A stretch of 64,000 bases of DNA from Ptychomitrium polyphyllum (lineage: Eukaryota). The stretch covers positions 5,456,001 through 5,520,000 of the forward strand of contig OZ316776.1 of NCBI GenBank assembly GCA_973851085.1, written 5' to 3'. The position numbers were made by a program, and so were the translations under genes. Below, piece by piece: positions 61,710 to 64,000 of the stretch (within the stretch, counting starts at the first letter, position 1; each line of letters opens with the position of its first letter). The notes beneath the pieces are model-generated. The model made no database searches. It had not been told where the DNA came from and saw nothing but the letters and a program-made list of their open reading frames with translations.

Positions 61710-63040
61710 TTAATTTCACGTGAACAAGAAGCTTGTCGGGCTTACTATTCCTAGAGTGGAGCATTGGCTTGTTATCATCTGTTAGAAGTTTTATGTATAA
61801 TGCATTGGCTTGTTATCATCTGTTACAAGTTTTATGTATAATGCATGACAAAATGGATCATTCAAAAACAAAGTCTCCTTGCTTTGCTTTTAAAAATAAA
61901 GGAGTTGGTGGTCTAACGAAATTGCCAGCCTCTATAACAAGAATGCTTGCTCATGGGCACAGAGATAAGAAATCTGTTCACTATACACTTGATTTGTATC
62001 CTACTAATAGTAATCAGACAATTGGATCAATAGCAAAGCTTCTCCGTGACTTAGAAAATCCTCTTAAGTTTAATAATCTAAATTCTTTGTTTCTAGGAGC
62101 AAGTACAATTGAATTGTATTGAGGAATCCTTGCAGGTTTAGAGCAATGTATAAGCTCTATAGCAGCAGAACCAACCTTACTTATAGTTCAAGGATTTACC
62201 AAATTGCTACCTTTCTTCATGTGTAGCTTGACAATTATTGGAAAGATAACAAGAGCAAATATACAATGTGTTTTTGGTCTTTGCTTATTGCTAAAAGTAT
62301 ATTTGAAGAAATACAAGTTTCTTTCTTTTTTATAAGACATATACATGATGATATAGATGCTTCTTTTGGACAATGGAGTATGAAATTACAAGAAAATGAT
62401 TATCCTACCATTCCATTGTTGATTTGGATAAAGATCCTATCATTTTTCTCCTCACTGAAGAAGTTTCTGCATTCAAGTCCTTCATTCAAAGATACATCGG
62501 TGAAGACTATCTCATTGAACATTCTCAAGGTTGGCAATTTTGTTTTTTTTATAGATTGTAATGGATGGCCTTTAATGCAATACAAATTGAGATGTATAAA
62601 TGATAATTGGAAGTCAAAAGAAGGAATCAAGTTATAGCAAGAAGATGAAGTTGGAAAGCCAAAATTACCATTTGGAAATCTTCCTACTGTTCTACCATAG
62701 CTAATGAAGGAACATGATGAAATCATAAAAGGCATTGATGATTTCATTGAACATTGGAAAAATACTAGTGAAGCAAATATGATGAGAGAATATACACATC
62801 AACATAGACATCTTGTACAATATTGGACCAAGGTGAAAGAAGCTCTTTATGAAGAAGAAATGGAAGCAGTGGATGTCCTTTGTATGGACTTTTGGCCCCA
62901 AAGTCGCCAATCTTTTGGTGTTCAAAAATTATATACTTTAAATGGACAAGTACAAGATGAATTTAGAAAAAATAATCATTATATTAGACCTAAGAGTCTT
63001 CGTCCAACACTTGAATTTCGAGTAGGACAAGATTGTCCTA
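61710..63040 (+). mobile_element. Decayed DDD/E transposase fragment, Sola-like
   Basis: MHDKMDHSKT..P, LHV*LDNYWKDNKSKY..F.SLL....FEEIQVSFF..RHIHDDIDASFG matches the LDNC..xNKN...GHTHxDIDxxF pattern I associate with Sola-type transposases. Multiple stops and frameshifts, and a 41-bp tandem duplication at 61761-61846. Confidence 0.6.
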
Positions 63041-63234
63041 ATGGAGAATCCATCTCAGAATTGTATCACTTTCAGAAAATCATCCATATACACCACATGT
63101 GCAGTAGATAAAAGTACTATCAACTACATGCAATTCATGGAGAATTGTAGCAGGCTCAAAATAAGATGATACGGTAGGAGGGCTTGGTATCCATACCCAG
63201 CTACTAATATCAAACAAAGAACTGTCGTTTATTG

Positions 63235-63999
63235 TTACAGAGGTTTCAGCGTCTTCTTGTTTGCATACGGGTAAGCCGGCTTATGGGTCTCCAAAGCAAA
63301 ACGGTGGTTCTCATTTGCAATTTCAACACGTTTTCCACACACTGCCTTTTCTCGCTTTCCTTCGTTCAGCTGGGACAATTCCGTAAAAGTGCTGAACTCC
63401 TTTAAACAGGACTGAATCATTTTCCCATTCGTTTCCAAGCTCTACAGGAACCTCGGTTGGACCTTTGAAGGCGTCTGTTTTAGAGCGCTTTGGGGGTTTC
63501 TTCGATCGTATCGTCGTTCCTCGATTACCTGCCGTCCAGCATTCTCATGGCAGAGGAAATGTTAACGTACAGTCATATTACTGGTCAGCGGAATCATTAA
63601 CGAATTTATGGAAGCATCCGACTCAATAGTAAATGTTAAACAGCGATCGATGTATGTACCTTCTAAAAGCTCGGAAGGTCTCAAATAGACCACATCACCG
63701 CAATCCTCAGTTCCGCTGCGAATAAAAGAGCCATGTACAGGTATCTCGATTGGTTTCCGCAGTCCCATTCTTCCACCCTTGATTTGGAATTTTGCATGCA
63801 ACTCTAGATTCGCATGGCTCAAAACCAATGGGGTGTAGACTTCGACATCATCGTCTAGATATGCTTCAGTCGCCAAAATGCGGATCACGATTTTGCTCTG
63901 GTGACAGTAAAGGTGTTAGCCCGGAAGTTTTTGGGTAAGCTCCACTGGCCCACAGTGAAAGAACTCCTCATCCTTGCAACCATTATAGCCATGGAGAAA
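63235..63999 (-). pseudogene. Unidentified decayed reading frame running off the window end
   Basis: One frame of about 255 codons interrupted by only three stops (63916-63918, 63562-63564, 63442-63444). ORFs 63562..63888 and 63235..63438 share this frame. No family recognised. Confidence 0.4.
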
Positions 64000-64000
64000 G

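Overview
Eukaryotic, intron-rich plant nuclear DNA, most likely a moss such as Physcomitrium patens (inferred from gene structures and repeat families, not verified). It is not prokaryotic, and I found no rRNA, tRNA or CRISPR array. Five genes can be spliced by hand into intact reading frames with canonical GT-AG introns: a LEA_2/NHL-type membrane protein (-), eIF3 subunit i (-), symplekin (-), ATG8 (+) and a stand-alone SPX protein (+). A sixth gene, an HPCA1/CARD1-like LRR-VIII-1 receptor kinase (+), has an intact kinase half but two apparent lesions in its LRR ectodomain. Between symplekin and ATG8, a solo LTR is nested in opposite orientation inside a solo LTR of the same family, with a perfect TSD, creating a long inverted repeat. 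The two ends of the window hold decayed sequence: kinase and F-box-like relics at 3-5 kb, and at 57-64 kb a hAT-like remnant, a Sola-like remnant, an unidentified decayed ORF and a receptor-kinase pseudogene. The ectodomain of that pseudogene appears to combine ricin-B-like and DUF642/CBM-like carbohydrate-binding modules, which is the most novel-looking element here. All family assignments come from motif recognition, not database searches.
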